A stretch of DNA of 63,141 nucleotides. It comes from Nitrospirota bacterium (GTDB lineage Bacteria > Nitrospirota > UBA9217). Each line of letters begins with the position of its first letter. Position 1 is the stretch's first letter. The position numbers and the translations under genes are program-made. The stretch is from assembly GCA_963751455.1 (NCBI GenBank), contig CAVVUN010000014.1:1-63141 (forward strand), written 5' to 3'. Below are positions 48,308 to 59,186 of this stretch, piece after piece. Below the pieces are notes generated by a model. It saw only the letters and a program-made list of their open reading frames with translations, searched no databases and was not told where the DNA came from.

Positions 48308-49270
48308 ATGGACCCGAAGATCTGTCTCGCATTGGGCGGAGGCGCTGCCCGCGGATTGGCGCACCTCGGTGTGCTTAAGGTGTTTGAGGACGCGCGCGTA
48401 CCGTTCACCATGATAGCCGGTACAAGCGCCGGCGCCATGATCGGAGGATTGTACGCATCCCAGCCGGACGCAGCATACTGGATGGAGAGAGTCGATCATT
48501 ACCTTCGCAGCTTTCGCTCGCGGAAAACGAAGCTGGAATTTGTAAAGAGAATGGAGAATACAGATTCACAGAACCACGGTTTTTTCAACGACATGGCGAA
48601 CCTTATACGAAAAGGTTACTTCTGGGGCATCACAGCCACGAAGCCCGCGTTTATTTCGGAAAAAGACTACGAAGATTTCATATTTCCCCTTATCCCCGAT
48701 ATCAACATAGAGCAGACCAGGATGGCGTTCGGAGCGGTTGCCACTGATATCCGCAACGGCAAGCGGGTAATATTCCGCGAAGGATCGATGCGCCGGGCGA
48801 TCAGCGCGAGCTGCGCGTTGCCGGGTATTTTCCCTCCCGTTGCATACGGGGACATGCTGCTTGTGGACGGCGGATGGGTGGAAAGAGTGCCGGTCCGGTG
48901 CGCCAGGGAGATGGGGGCTGACATTGTTATTGCCGTGGACGTTTCGAGCGAAGTCGCTAAATTCGAAAACAAGTTCGGGCTCGACGTTGTGCTTCGATCC
49001 GACGCGGTGACGAGGATTTATTTAAACCAGATACTGATCCAGGAAGCGGATGTAGTGCTCCACCCCGCTGTCGGTCAGCGTCACTGGGCTGACTTCAGCA
49101 ATCCCGCGGAGCTCTACCGGCAGGGGGAAACGGCTGCGCTCGAAAAATTGATGACCATACGCACGGTCATTCACCGTTCCAGTATTTCCCCGGTCCCCCA
49201 GAAACGACTTGTCGAACAGATCAAAGACATCAGAGACAAGATCATTGAAAAAGTGGTGAAAGGAAAATAA
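48308..49270 (+). CDS. Patatin-like phospholipase
   Basis: GGGAARG, GTSAG, DGG. Confidence 0.92.
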   Translation: MDPKICLALGGGAARGLAHLGVLKVFEDARVPFTMIAGTSAGAMIGGLYASQPDAAYWMERVDHYLRSFRSRKTKLEFVKRMENTDSQNHGFFNDMANLIRKGYFWGITATKPAFISEKDYEDFIFPLIPDINIEQTRMAFGAVATDIRNGKRVIFREGSMRRAISASCALPGIFPPVAYGDMLLVDGGWVERVPVRCAREMGADIVIAVDVSSEVAKFENKFGLDVVLRSDAVTRIYLNQILIQEADVVLHPAVGQRHWADFSNPAELYRQGETAALEKLMTIRTVIHRSSISPVPQKRLVEQIKDIRDKIIEKVVKGK

Positions 49271-49408
49271 AGCTCTGGGACAAAATTTAGAAGAAAGACC
49301 CAGAAAACCGGCACAGGCCTGTTATTTCTGAGTGCACCACATGGTTCTTTGCGAGCAACCCGGGTATTTTATCCGGAGATTCAGATTGGATATCAAAAAG
49401 GAATTAAT

Positions 49409-50119
49409 ATGCAAAATCCGCTTATCATAGCCCACAGAGGCGATCAATCACGGGCGCCGGAAAATACGCTTGAGGCCTTTCAGCTTGCATTGTCCATACC
49501 CGTCGATATGATCGAATTCGACCTGCGCATGAGCAAGGACAACGTGCTCTATGCGCTGCACGACCGGAATACGGGCAGAACCGGGGACCGCAACGTGGAC
49601 GTAGAAGGGTCGCTGTCCCACGAGATCAGCCTGGTAAGGCTCGGGAACAAAGAACCGCTTCCGACGATCGATGACGTCCTGAAACTCGTGGCCGGTAAGA
49701 CGGGGTTGAATATCGAGATCAAGAGCGATGGTGCGGGGGGCGTTCTGTCCGATCACTTGCGCCGCATCCGGTACACCGGCCCGATCACTGTTTCGTCCTT
49801 TAAAGAGGACGAGCTCCGGGCGTTGCGCAAGGCAAACAGAAGCATGCCGGTCGCTGCAATCTATGACACTTTCTCGGTCCGGCACGTAGATGACTACAAA
49901 CGGAAAGGCTATGATATAGTCAGCCTGAGGAAAAATACCGTGAGTGAGCATCTGGTCCGGGCGTGCCAGGCCGCAGGAGTGCGAATCTACGTATGGACCG
50001 TGAATGACGAAGAAGAGATGAAGCGGTGCATTGAATGGAAGGTCAACGGCATTTACACGGATAATCCCGGGTTATTGAAGCAAATAATCGAGAAGTCAGC
50101 AGCCAGGAACGTAAAATAG
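49409..50119 (+). CDS. Glycerophosphodiester phosphodiesterase
   Basis: AHRG, PENT, EFD, HD, NIEIK, WTVN, TDNP. Confidence 0.92.
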   Translation: MQNPLIIAHRGDQSRAPENTLEAFQLALSIPVDMIEFDLRMSKDNVLYALHDRNTGRTGDRNVDVEGSLSHEISLVRLGNKEPLPTIDDVLKLVAGKTGLNIEIKSDGAGGVLSDHLRRIRYTGPITVSSFKEDELRALRKANRSMPVAAIYDTFSVRHVDDYKRKGYDIVSLRKNTVSEHLVRACQAAGVRIYVWTVNDEEEMKRCIEWKVNGIYTDNPGLLKQIIEKSAARNVK

Positions 50120-50351
50120 GTTCGGGGTTTTTGCAAGAAATTCTTGGACCACATTCCGATCAGGCAATCTTGGCAAAGCATTCAAAAAAATCAGAGACCG
50201 CTTGCTGAGACACGGGAAGCTGAGAAAAGCAAATTGAAACTTGAGTATTTTTCTTTTGCGCCCTCTGTGCCTCCGCACTAAAATTCTATTTTTTACGGGA
50301 CCATCAGTATTAGTCTTTTCAATTCCAGTTTGTCCGGGTCCACGATAAAAC

Positions 50352-51971
50352 ATGCCTACAACAAGAACCATACCCGACAGCGACACGGTTTTCGATCTAA
50401 TCGTTATTGGAGGAGGCATAACGGGTGCCGGAGTGGCCCGGGATGCCGCGCTGCGCGGCCTTTCCTGTCTGCTGCTCGAAAAAGGAGATTACGCCTCGGG
50501 TGTCAGCTCCAAGTCCACACGCCTGATCCACGGCGGCCTTCGTTATCTTGCAAATTTTGAAGTTGACCTTGTTGCCGAGTCTCTCAGGGAACGCGCCACG
50601 CTGCGCAGATTGGCGCCCTACCTTATCAATCCCATCCCGCTCATCATTCCCATTTACAAGGGCGACCCGCACGGCAGGGCGCTCGTGTCCGTAGGCATAA
50701 GGCTTTATGACCTTCTTTCGCATGAACAGGACATCCCGCATTATTTTACGTCGGGCAGCGAAAAGACGCTTGCCCTGGAGCCCCGGCTGAACAGGGAGGG
50801 ACTGTCAGGAAGCGCACTCTTCTATGATCATCAGTTGCTCATGCCGGAACGGCTTGTCATGGAAAACATCAATGGCGCCCGCGAGGCAGGAGCGTCTCCG
50901 TTCAATTATATCCTGGTCGAGAAGATAGAAGAGGCAGGGGGCGTTGTCATTGTCACTGCACGGGACGTGCTCACCGGCCAGGTGCACAGCTTTCGTTCAA
51001 AAGTGCTCGTTAATGCGGCTGGACCGTGGATCGACAAGGTGCGGCAAGCGTCGGACATCAACGCCAAGAAGATCATTTCCCCGACAAAAGGCGTGCATCT
51101 GGTCCTTCCGCGTCTCACGGAACAGGCCCTGTTCGTTTCGTCGACGGACGGCAGGATGTTCTTCATTATTCCGTTCGACAAGTGGTCGCTTATCGGAACA
51201 ACGGACACGAGGTACGATCGCGATCTGGACGATGTCCATGCGGACCGGGATGACGTTGAGTATCTGATCGCTGAAAGCAGGAGGATTTTACCGGGCTTGA
51301 ACATCACCCGCGAGGCGATCCTGTATACATACGCGGGCATACGTCCGCTTGCCTTCGATGGAGCGAGAGAGTCCAAAATATCCCGAAAACACCGCGTAAT
51401 TTCGGAGGGAAGATCAGGCAGGATCGTCACCATCGCGGGGGGCAAGCTGACGACGTATCGGGCAATGGCGAGCGATACAGTGGACAGGGTATGCACCATA
51501 CTCGGCATGAAGAGGGCGTGCGTTTCCGATAAAAAACCGTTTCCCGGCGGTCTTCACATGGACTATGAAACGTATCTCAAAGAGGCGCTGCCGGACATGA
51601 CAGCAAGTCACAGGGTGTCGGAGGAAACGGTCCGTCACCTGATCGGATTGTACGGCTCAAAGGCCGAGCGAGTGCTCGAGCTTGTCGACATGGACCCTGA
51701 ACTGGGAGAGACAATCTCTCCGGAGAGCAGGGACATCTACGGCCAGGCAGCGTACAGCGTCACAGAAGAGGGGGCCAGGACTTTATCAGACATCATCCTT
51801 CGCAGGATGCACCTCGGCCTCACGGGATCGCGTGGGAAAAACCATGCAGAAAAGGTAGCCATGATCGCGTCACGCGACCTGAAGTGGAGCGAGGAGGAAA
51901 AGCAGCACCAGCTCGAGAGATTTCGACTGGATCTGCAGAAGGACAAAGCGGGACTAACAGAGACGACTTAA
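50352..51971 (+). CDS. glpD: FAD-dependent glycerol-3-phosphate dehydrogenase
   Basis: GGGITGAG, SSKSTRLIHGGLRYL, NAAGPW, KGVHL, GTTD, GGKLTTYR. Confidence 0.92.
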   Translation: MPTTRTIPDSDTVFDLIVIGGGITGAGVARDAALRGLSCLLLEKGDYASGVSSKSTRLIHGGLRYLANFEVDLVAESLRERATLRRLAPYLINPIPLIIPIYKGDPHGRALVSVGIRLYDLLSHEQDIPHYFTSGSEKTLALEPRLNREGLSGSALFYDHQLLMPERLVMENINGAREAGASPFNYILVEKIEEAGGVVIVTARDVLTGQVHSFRSKVLVNAAGPWIDKVRQASDINAKKIISPTKGVHLVLPRLTEQALFVSSTDGRMFFIIPFDKWSLIGTTDTRYDRDLDDVHADRDDVEYLIAESRRILPGLNITREAILYTYAGIRPLAFDGARESKISRKHRVISEGRSGRIVTIAGGKLTTYRAMASDTVDRVCTILGMKRACVSDKKPFPGGLHMDYETYLKEALPDMTASHRVSEETVRHLIGLYGSKAERVLELVDMDPELGETISPESRDIYGQAAYSVTEEGARTLSDIILRRMHLGLTGSRGKNHAEKVAMIASRDLKWSEEEKQHQLERFRLDLQKDKAGLTETT

Positions 51972-51996
51972 AATATTTTTTGTCGGATAACAATGC

Positions 51997-52033
51997 AAAA
52001 TAGCCCCATTCCATCCGGAACAGGGCTATTTTT
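51997..52033. terminator. Bidirectional intrinsic terminator
   Basis: AAAATAGCCC...GGGCTATTTTT hairpin between convergent genes. Confidence 0.7.
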
Positions 52034-52054
52034 GTTTTAAAAAGCGCGTTTTCG

Positions 52055-53227
52055 TTATTTCGGCGTAACCTTTAATTCCAGCGAATTCGCTGTCGAACCT
52101 GTTACCTCGACCGAGAATGTTCCGAAATCCCTGAGCACGAGTTCGTCCGAGAGAACCTGGCTGCTCGACTTCGAATCTACCGAAATCTTAGCCGTGGCGC
52201 CGCTGAAGCCCCTTTCATGCAGGTCCTTGATGCCGCGTACCTGGTTTCTGAGCACGTCCTTGAACTTCACGAACTGGCTCTTGGTGAGGCCGGTAACGGT
52301 TATTGCCACTGGACGGGTCCCGCCTACCTCTTTCGAATACACTGCCAGAATTTTTGTTATCATGTCGTCGGCCGCCAGGTTCGCGGCCTTCTTAAGCGCT
52401 TCGGACCCTGCTGAAATCTCCGTAATATGCACGCCTGCGGCATGAGTTGAAGAGGTTGCTATAACCTGGCCGGTATCCGTACGGACTGCCTTGGCCGTCA
52501 AGTCCGCCTGAACGGATTTCATCCCGCCGCCAACGTCGCCGGCCGATTTCGCTATTGCCTTACCGGTGATCACGACCTCGGCTTCTGCCTGTTTTCCGAG
52601 TGTTTTAGCCTGGGCTGTACTCAGGTCCGCGACCCTGTACGGGGCAGTTACTTTGAGCTCTTTTGAAGCCACTTCGTGATCGATGAATTCAAAGCCTTTT
52701 TCCGTAAACTTGTTCATGAATGCGTTTTCCACGACTCCAAGATCCGCTTCTCCATGCCCGCCGACCCACCACGCATTCACCTCCTTATCTACATTCTGCT
52801 CGGCGATCATGATCATGGTCCTGGGCTTGTGCATCTGGCTCATGAGCACGCCGATTGCCGAGAGGTCGTCGTTCAGCTTGCCCATCGACACATCCGCCGT
52901 AATGCGGACCCGGAGAAGGCCGCTTTCCTGGTTCTCACCAATCACATTATACCGTGTGATGTACCCCTTGATCTGGGACAGGATTTTGTCGCTGATGACC
53001 TGGTAGTTCTCGACCTGGGTCTGAGAATCGATCATAATGCCGATTGCCTGTTCGACCGCTCGCTTCTGCGCGTCCTCGATTGCCGTATCGCGGGCAATGT
53101 CAACGGCGCTTCCGTGGATCGCAGCCACTCCTTCGGCCGTAACGGTTTTCGTCTCCTGGGCGGATATGAGGGACGTGGAGACGAGAAGAGATAAAAAAGC
53201 AAACAGAAATTTAGGAAAACGGAACAT
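52055..53227 (-). CDS. Exported protein with FlgT N-terminal-like domain
   Basis: Signal peptide; VTAEGVA...ARDTAIEDA..RAVEQAIG..IDSQTQVEN pattern. Confidence 0.6.
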   Translation of the reverse strand: MFRFPKFLFAFLSLLVSTSLISAQETKTVTAEGVAAIHGSAVDIARDTAIEDAQKRAVEQAIGIMIDSQTQVENYQVISDKILSQIKGYITRYNVIGENQESGLLRVRITADVSMGKLNDDLSAIGVLMSQMHKPRTMIMIAEQNVDKEVNAWWVGGHGEADLGVVENAFMNKFTEKGFEFIDHEVASKELKVTAPYRVADLSTAQAKTLGKQAEAEVVITGKAIAKSAGDVGGGMKSVQADLTAKAVRTDTGQVIATSSTHAAGVHITEISAGSEALKKAANLAADDMITKILAVYSKEVGGTRPVAITVTGLTKSQFVKFKDVLRNQVRGIKDLHERGFSGATAKISVDSKSSSQVLSDELVLRDFGTFSVEVTGSTANSLELKVTPK

Positions 53228-53283
53228 GACTGCCTCCTTGACCGATGGACGTTAAATTCTACGGGGATATAATGAGTAGTGAT

Positions 53284-53312
53284 ACTATATCAGACTGGGC
53301 ATTCAGGGTCAA
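53284..53312 (-). promoter_or_regulatory. Sigma70 promoter for the FlgT_N-like gene
   Basis: Minus strand TTGACC-17 bp-TATAGT with TG extension. Confidence 0.55.
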
Positions 53313-53462
53313 GACCGGCAGTGAATAAGACCAGGGCAGTTTTTATCCACCCTTGCAGCGGAGAAGAGGACTGCATGAGAGGAGCCGGCATTTAATTTTC
53401 TGGATATTTTACAGGATAGATGATAGAATTTTAAAAACCAGCGTTTTCAAGGAGGAAGAGCA

Positions 53463-54176
53463 GTGCCGAAGCTGTCCGTGAACATAGATCACATCGCAAC
53501 GATCAGGCAGGCAAGAAAGGGTGTCGAGCCCGATCCTGTTGCCGCAGCAATGCTTGCCGAACTCTCCGGGGCGGACGGCATCATCGCGCACTTACGGGAG
53601 GACCGGAGACATGTTCAGGACCGCGACCTTCGGCTGCTCCGCGAAACCATACAGACCAAGCTGAACCTTGAAATGGCCGCAACGGTTGAGATGCAGGGCA
53701 TAGCGCTCAAAGCAAAACCTGATCTTGTTACGCTTGTACCGGAAAAGAGGGAAGAGCTTACGACCGAGGGCGGGCTGGATGTGCATTCCCGCACCTCGTT
53801 TTTGAAGGAATATATCGACTGTCTTCAGCAGGGCGGCATCGTCGTCAGCCTCTTCATTGATCCTGACGATAAACAGATTGCCGCTGCAAAAAAAGCGGGG
53901 GCAGACTGGGTCGAAATCCATACGGGCGCATACGCGAACGCGAAGACAGAGAAGCAGCGCGAGCGGGAACTCGATAAGATCATTGAAGGAGCGAAACTGG
54001 CAGCCAGCCTGGGCATGCAGGTCGGCGCCGGACACGGCCTTACTTATGTGAACGCCGCGAAGATAGCACACATCGCAGAAGTTGAGGAACTAAATATTGG
54101 CCATAGCATCATATCCAGGGCTTCTCTGGTCGGCATAGAGCGGGCTGTGAGGGAGATGAAAGCCCTAATTGCATAG
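53463..54176 (+). CDS. pdxJ: Pyridoxine 5'-phosphate synthase
   Basis: [41 protein letters not shown]. Confidence 0.96.
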   Translation: MPKLSVNIDHIATIRQARKGVEPDPVAAAMLAELSGADGIIAHLREDRRHVQDRDLRLLRETIQTKLNLEMAATVEMQGIALKAKPDLVTLVPEKREELTTEGGLDVHSRTSFLKEYIDCLQQGGIVVSLFIDPDDKQIAAAKKAGADWVEIHTGAYANAKTEKQRERELDKIIEGAKLAASLGMQVGAGHGLTYVNAAKIAHIAEVEELNIGHSIISRASLVGIERAVREMKALIA

Positions 54177-54214
54177 TGCAATTTATGGGATTTATTTATG
54201 GTCTTCGGCCAACC

Positions 54215-54255
54215 GCAAATCTGCAATTTACAATTTGCAATTTACAATTTGAAAT
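54215..54255. repeat. Heptamer tandem repeat (RCAATTT)
   Basis: GCAATTT ACAATTT GCAATTT ACAATTT at 54223-54250. Confidence 0.8.
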
Positions 54256-54270
54256 AGGCGAGGGGGAAGC

Positions 54271-54645
54271 ATGATCGTCGGCATCGGAGTCGATCTCGTA
54301 AAGATCGACCGAATCGACCGGGCAGGCAAAGGCCATCAGGGATTTCTTGAGAGGGTCTTCACGGAGCGGGAGCGAGAATACTGTTCGCGCCAGAAATATC
54401 CGGCACAGCATTATGCAGGAAGATTTGCAGCGAAGGAAGCGGTGCTCAAGGCCATCGGCACCGGATGGAGCGCCGGAATCAAGTGGACCGATATGGAAGT
54501 GCTTCATGGCGAGGGGGGCGGGCCGATCGTGAACATATCGGGGCGCGTAAAGGACCTGATGGACCTCAAAGGCGTGAAGCAGATATTCCTCAGCTATTCT
54601 CATGACGAGGGATATGCCGTGGCGCAGGTGGTGCTGGAAGGATAG
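54271..54645 (+). CDS. acpS: Holo-ACP synthase
   Basis: GIGVDLV, AGRFAAKEA.LKAIGTG, LSYSHD. Confidence 0.95.
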   Translation: MIVGIGVDLVKIDRIDRAGKGHQGFLERVFTEREREYCSRQKYPAQHYAGRFAAKEAVLKAIGTGWSAGIKWTDMEVLHGEGGGPIVNISGRVKDLMDLKGVKQIFLSYSHDEGYAVAQVVLEG

Positions 54646-54690
54646 GTACCGTATCAGAGTGTCAAAGTGTCAGAGTACAGGGTGTAAGAG

Positions 54691-56235
54691 ATGAAAATCA
54701 TTACTGCACAACAGATGAAAAATATCGACCGGAGGGCGATTAAAGAGTTCGGCATTCCGGGACCTGTGCTCATGGAAAACGCGGCTTCGGCGGTTATGGT
54801 CGAAATGGAGAAGTTTTTCGACGGGTTGGCGGGCACGAGAATCGGTATTTTCTGCGGCAAGGGAAATAACGGCGGCGACGGTCTGGCATTGGCCCGGCGT
54901 CTCAGCATCAGGGGCGTGCCTGTGCGAGTTGCCCTGTGCGCCCCGTTCAGCGCTGTCACCGGGGAAGCAAAAGTAAATCTCTCCATTCTGAGAAAAATGG
55001 ATGTCGAGATCCTGCAGAATGCATTGCCCCGTTCCCTGGCCGACATTATTGCCTGGTCCGATGTAATCGTCGATGCGCTGCTCGGCGTCGGTCTTTCGTC
55101 GCCTCTCAAAGGCGTATATGCCAAAGCGGTTGACCTGATAAATGCTTCGGGCCGGCCTGTGGTCGCCGTCGATGTTCCCACGGGAATCGATTCCGATTCC
55201 GGAGCAGTCATGGGTACCGCCATCAAGGCGGATCTTACGGTAACGATGGCCTTTATCAAGCGCGGAATCGTGCTCCACCCGGGCGCCGAATATGCGGGTG
55301 TTGTCCGCGTAGTCGATATCGGCATTCCAAGGGAAGTCGTGGAGAAAGAAAAAATAACAGCCAGCCTTTTGACCCAGGGCTTCGGCTGGGGGATGATGAA
55401 ACCGAGAGCGTCGGATGCCAACAAGGGGTCATTCGGTCATGTGATGGTCGTGGCAGGTTCTCTCGGAAAAGCAGGGGCGGCTGTTATGGCCGCGACGCGG
55501 AGCGCTGAGGTCGGGCGCCGGTCTCGTAAGCATAGCAACACCGGGCAGCCTGGTGCCTATTATTCAGCAGCAGGTTTTCGAGGCAATGTGCGTTCCCGCA
55601 GCAGAGAGCATTGACGGCACAATCGGGATCGGCGCAGAAGATTGAACTGCTCAAAGCCGCCGCTAAAATGAGCGCTTGCGCCATCGGTCCGGGTCTATCG
55701 ACCCACTATGAAACCGTCCGCATGGTCAGGAATTTTATTGAAAGATGCCCCATACCCATGGTGGTCGACGCTGACGGGCTGAATGCCCTTGCGGGTTTCC
55801 TGGATGTCGTAAAGAAAACAAAAGCTCCTGTGGTTTTGACGCCTCACCCCGGCGAATTGGGCAGGATTCTCGGAATATCGGCCGCAGACGTGCAGAAAGG
55901 ACAGGATGGGCATTGCTTCTGATTTCGCCGCCAAATACAAAGTTACGCTTGTCCTGAAAGGCGCAGGAACGGTCGTTGCAGCGCCTGAAGGACCGGTATA
56001 TGTCAATTCAACGGGCAATCCGGGGATGGCAACCGGCGGCACCGGGGATGTGCTCACCGGTATGATCGGGTCATTTCTGGCCCAAGGTCATCCTCCGACG
56101 CAGGCGGCCTGCCTCGGTGTCTTCATGCACGGTGTAGCAGGTGATCTGGCCGCAAAGGAAAAAGGCGAGGCGGGCATGATTGCAGGAGACCTGATCGAGA
56201 AGATACCGAATGCGATAATGAAGAGTATGGAGTAG
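54691..56235 (+). CDS. nnr: Bifunctional NAD(P)HX epimerase/dehydratase, three +1 frameshifts (about 55495, 55643, 55898)
   Basis: LMENAA, GKGNNGGDG, DVPTG; ANKGSFG, GPGL, DADGLN, TPHPGE, GGTGDVL across frames. Confidence 0.88.
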
Positions 56236-56352
56236 CTGTTTCTCTGGTTTTATAAAAAACTAAACAAACCAAACAAACTATAAACACCGAAGCGACTCGA
56301 TGACCTGAGTACTTCTATTCGAGATCATCAATAATACTTGAAAGGTAGACTA

Positions 56353-56805
56353 ATGTTAACCGCGAAAGACATCATGACAAAAGAGGTTGTAACCGTGAAG
56401 CCTGAAACATCCATTGAAGAGCTTTCCGATCTGCTGGTAAAGAACGGTATCAGCGGCGCACCGGTCGTGGACGAAGCTGGAAAGCTGTACGGGATCGTTA
56501 CCGAGGACGATCTCATAAGCCGGAACAAGCGGCTTCATATTCCCACTGTGGTAAGCTTTCTTGATGCCGCAATCTATCTGGAAAGCTCGAAAAAATTCGA
56601 AGAAGAGGTGAGGCGCTTGTCCGCGACGAAAGTGGGCGATATCTGCACCCGCACGGTAATCACGATACCGGAGGATACGACCCTGGTCGATATTGCAACG
56701 ATCATGTCGGACAAGAAGGTACACCTCCTTCCCGTTGTTCGCAGCGGGAAGATCGTAGGCATCGTCGGCAAACGCGACATCGTCAAAGCAGCCGCGCGGG
56801 GCTGA
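56353..56805 (+). CDS. CBS-pair protein
   Basis: AKDIMT, ISGAPVVD, GIVTEDDL, LPVV, GIVGKRDI. Confidence 0.88.
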   Translation: MLTAKDIMTKEVVTVKPETSIEELSDLLVKNGISGAPVVDEAGKLYGIVTEDDLISRNKRLHIPTVVSFLDAAIYLESSKKFEEEVRRLSATKVGDICTRTVITIPEDTTLVDIATIMSDKKVHLLPVVRSGKIVGIVGKRDIVKAAARG

Positions 56806-56808
56806 ACA

Positions 56809-57279
56809 ATGTTCAGCCTGATTACTGCAAGCCCGGAGCAGACATGGCGGACAGGAGAGACGCTGGCCGCGCTGCTCGGTCCCGGCGACACTGTCTGTCT
56901 TTACGGTGATCTGGGCGCGGGAAAGACGAGTTTCTCCTACGGCATTGCGAGGGGACTCGACGTGAAAGAGAAGTATATAACGAGCCCTACCTTTACCTTT
57001 GTGAACGAGTACGAGGGCCGCGTGCCGTTCTATCATATTGACCTGTACCGGCTGAAAGAGGCGGGGGAATTGGAGAATATCGGTTTCGAGGAGTATATCG
57101 ATTCCGACGGCGTAACCGTAATAGAGTGGGCAGAACGGGCGGAAGAAGCGCTTCCCGCAGAACGGCTGAGCGTTTATCTTGCGTATGAGGATGAAAATAC
57201 CCGCGAGATCGGCTTTCTCGCGGAGGGAGAACGCTATAAGAATCTTCTCGAACAGTTGAAGCAGAAACTGAAAACGTAG
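56809..57279 (+). CDS. tsaE: t6A biosynthesis ATPase TsaE
   Basis: GDLGAGKT, SPTF, HIDLYRL, IEWAE. Confidence 0.95.
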   Translation: MFSLITASPEQTWRTGETLAALLGPGDTVCLYGDLGAGKTSFSYGIARGLDVKEKYITSPTFTFVNEYEGRVPFYHIDLYRLKEAGELENIGFEEYIDSDGVTVIEWAERAEEALPAERLSVYLAYEDENTREIGFLAEGERYKNLLEQLKQKLKT

Positions 57280-57300
57280 TTTGCGTAAGCGTAGATCACA

Positions 57301-58153
57301 ATGAAAAAATTCGGGATCATTGCAAAAAATAACGTCGAGGCGCAGAAGGCGGCCAAAAAACTTGCCGCATGGCTCCAAGTCAAGGGGCAAAAAGGTATTC
57401 ATCGACAGTGTAACCGCCGCGGCCATCGACTCGAACGGCTACGAGGCGTCCTCGATACCTTCTCTGGTCGAGATGATCATCGTGCTGGGCGGAGACGGTA
57501 CTCTGCTCTCCGCAGCACGGCATGTCGCGGATGCGCATTCGGATGTGCCGATATTCGGCGTGAATCTCGGCACGCTCGGCTTCATGGCGGAAGTGTCCCT
57601 GGACGAACTCTACGACAATCTGGAAAAGGCCATTGCGGGAAAACTGGCGACGGAGGACCGGATCATGCTTACCGCAAGCGTGCTTCGGGAAGGGCAGAGC
57701 CTCGCGCAGTACCGTGTGTCTGAATGACGCCGTGATCAATAAAGGTGCGCTTGCCGGATGATGGAACTGAGGGTTGCGGTCAACGAGGCCCCTTTGACGA
57801 CATTCAGGGCTGACGGCCTGATCGTTTCAACTCCCACAGGTTCGACCGCGTATTCCCTGTCAGCCGGCGGCCCGATAATCTATCCGACGATCCATTGTTT
57901 CGTGCTGACCCCGATTTGTCCCCACACGCTCTCGAACCGTCCGATCGCCCTTCCCGACACGGTAACGGTGACTGTATGCCTTACTTCCCAAAGCGAAGAT
58001 GTAACCCTTACTCTCGACGGGCAGATCGGTTTCCCGCTTATCCAGAACGATGTCGTCGAGATCAAAAAATCACGGTTCAGGATGAAACTGATCAAGCACC
58101 CGGTGAAAAGCTATTATGATATTCTTAGGACAAAATTGAAGTGGGGCAATTAA
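57301..58153 (+). CDS. nadK: NAD kinase, three frameshifts (about 57378, 57719, 57754)
   Basis: GGDGTLL, GVNLGTLGF, LNDAVI, ADGLIVSTPTGSTAYSLSAGGP across frames. Confidence 0.9.
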
Positions 58154-58218
58154 GGGCAGGCAGTAGGTTCAAAGTCAATGTTCGCAGTTCAAAATTCAAA
58201 ACACAGGGCAGATCGTTT

Positions 58219-59010
58219 ATGGATGAGATCCGAGCAGAAATTTCTGAATATAGTTGTAAATGTCAGAACGCACCTGGAGTATCAGCGTGCGCTCGGGATG
58301 ACTTCGGTCGAGACGCCTTCACAGAAGAACTATACAAAGCATATCCCCAAAAAAGAGGTAAACGCCCCTGTATCCTCTTTTACTGAAGGTGCGATAAATG
58401 AAGTGCGCTCTTTACAGCAGCCAGGCGAGGAACGCCTGCAGATCCCTCTTCAGCACTGGACGCAGTTCGGAAGGATCTGGATGAGTGCAATCGCTGCAAG
58501 CTCTGTAAAAGCAGAAAGAGTATCGTGTTCGGCGAAGGAGACCCCAATGCGCGCCTCGTTTTCATCGGTGAAGGACCCGGACAGGAAGAAGACCAGCAAG
58601 GACGGCCGTTTGTCGGAGCAGCCGGCCAGTTGCTGACCGACATAATTGTCAAGGGTATGGGTCTCCGACGCGAAGAAGTATACATATGCAACATCGTTAA
58701 ATGCAGACCTCCCGGAAACCGCAATCCCGAGCCGGATGAGATCCAGGCATGCGAGCCGTTCCTGAGCAGACAGCTTCAGGCGATCAAGCCCGATTTTATC
58801 GTGGGGCTCGGCAATGTCGCTGTCAAGACCATTCTGAAAACGACAGAAGGAATCACCGCGCTCCGGGGCAAATGGAAAACTTTCCTTGGTATACCGGTCA
58901 TGCCCACATTTCACCCGGCATATCTTCTGAGAAATCCAGCGGACAAGAAGCTGGTATGGGAAGACATTAAAAAGGTGATGGCCGAGATGAAGAAGATTTC
59001 AAAAGAATAA
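58219..59010 (+). CDS. Family 4 uracil-DNA glycosylase, frameshifted in the 5' part
   Basis: CNRCKLC, GEGPG, PFVG.AG, NIVKCRPPGNR, FHPA. Confidence 0.88.
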
Positions 59011-59060
59011 AATGATGAACCACGGCATAAATAGCCTTATTGTAGAAACAGAAGCACAAT

Positions 59061-59167
59061 TACAAAAACACTTTGGACGCGGATAAACGCTGAAACAGCG
59101 GATTAACAGAAAAAATATTAAATTTTTGAACGGCTCATCTGATTAATCTACGAGTATCTGCGTCCCG
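59061..59167. repeat. Degenerate palindromic element related to the 28321 MITE
   Basis: 59072-59103 matches the reverse complement of 28440-28471 at 27/32. Confidence 0.7.
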
Positions 59168-59186
59168 ATATATTACTCCACTCCTT

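Noticed and set aside
50120-50351. Another decayed palindromic element between GDPD and glpD
   Set aside because: Suggestive motifs (CTCTGTGCCTC, TTTGTCCGGGTC) but I could not define matching ends
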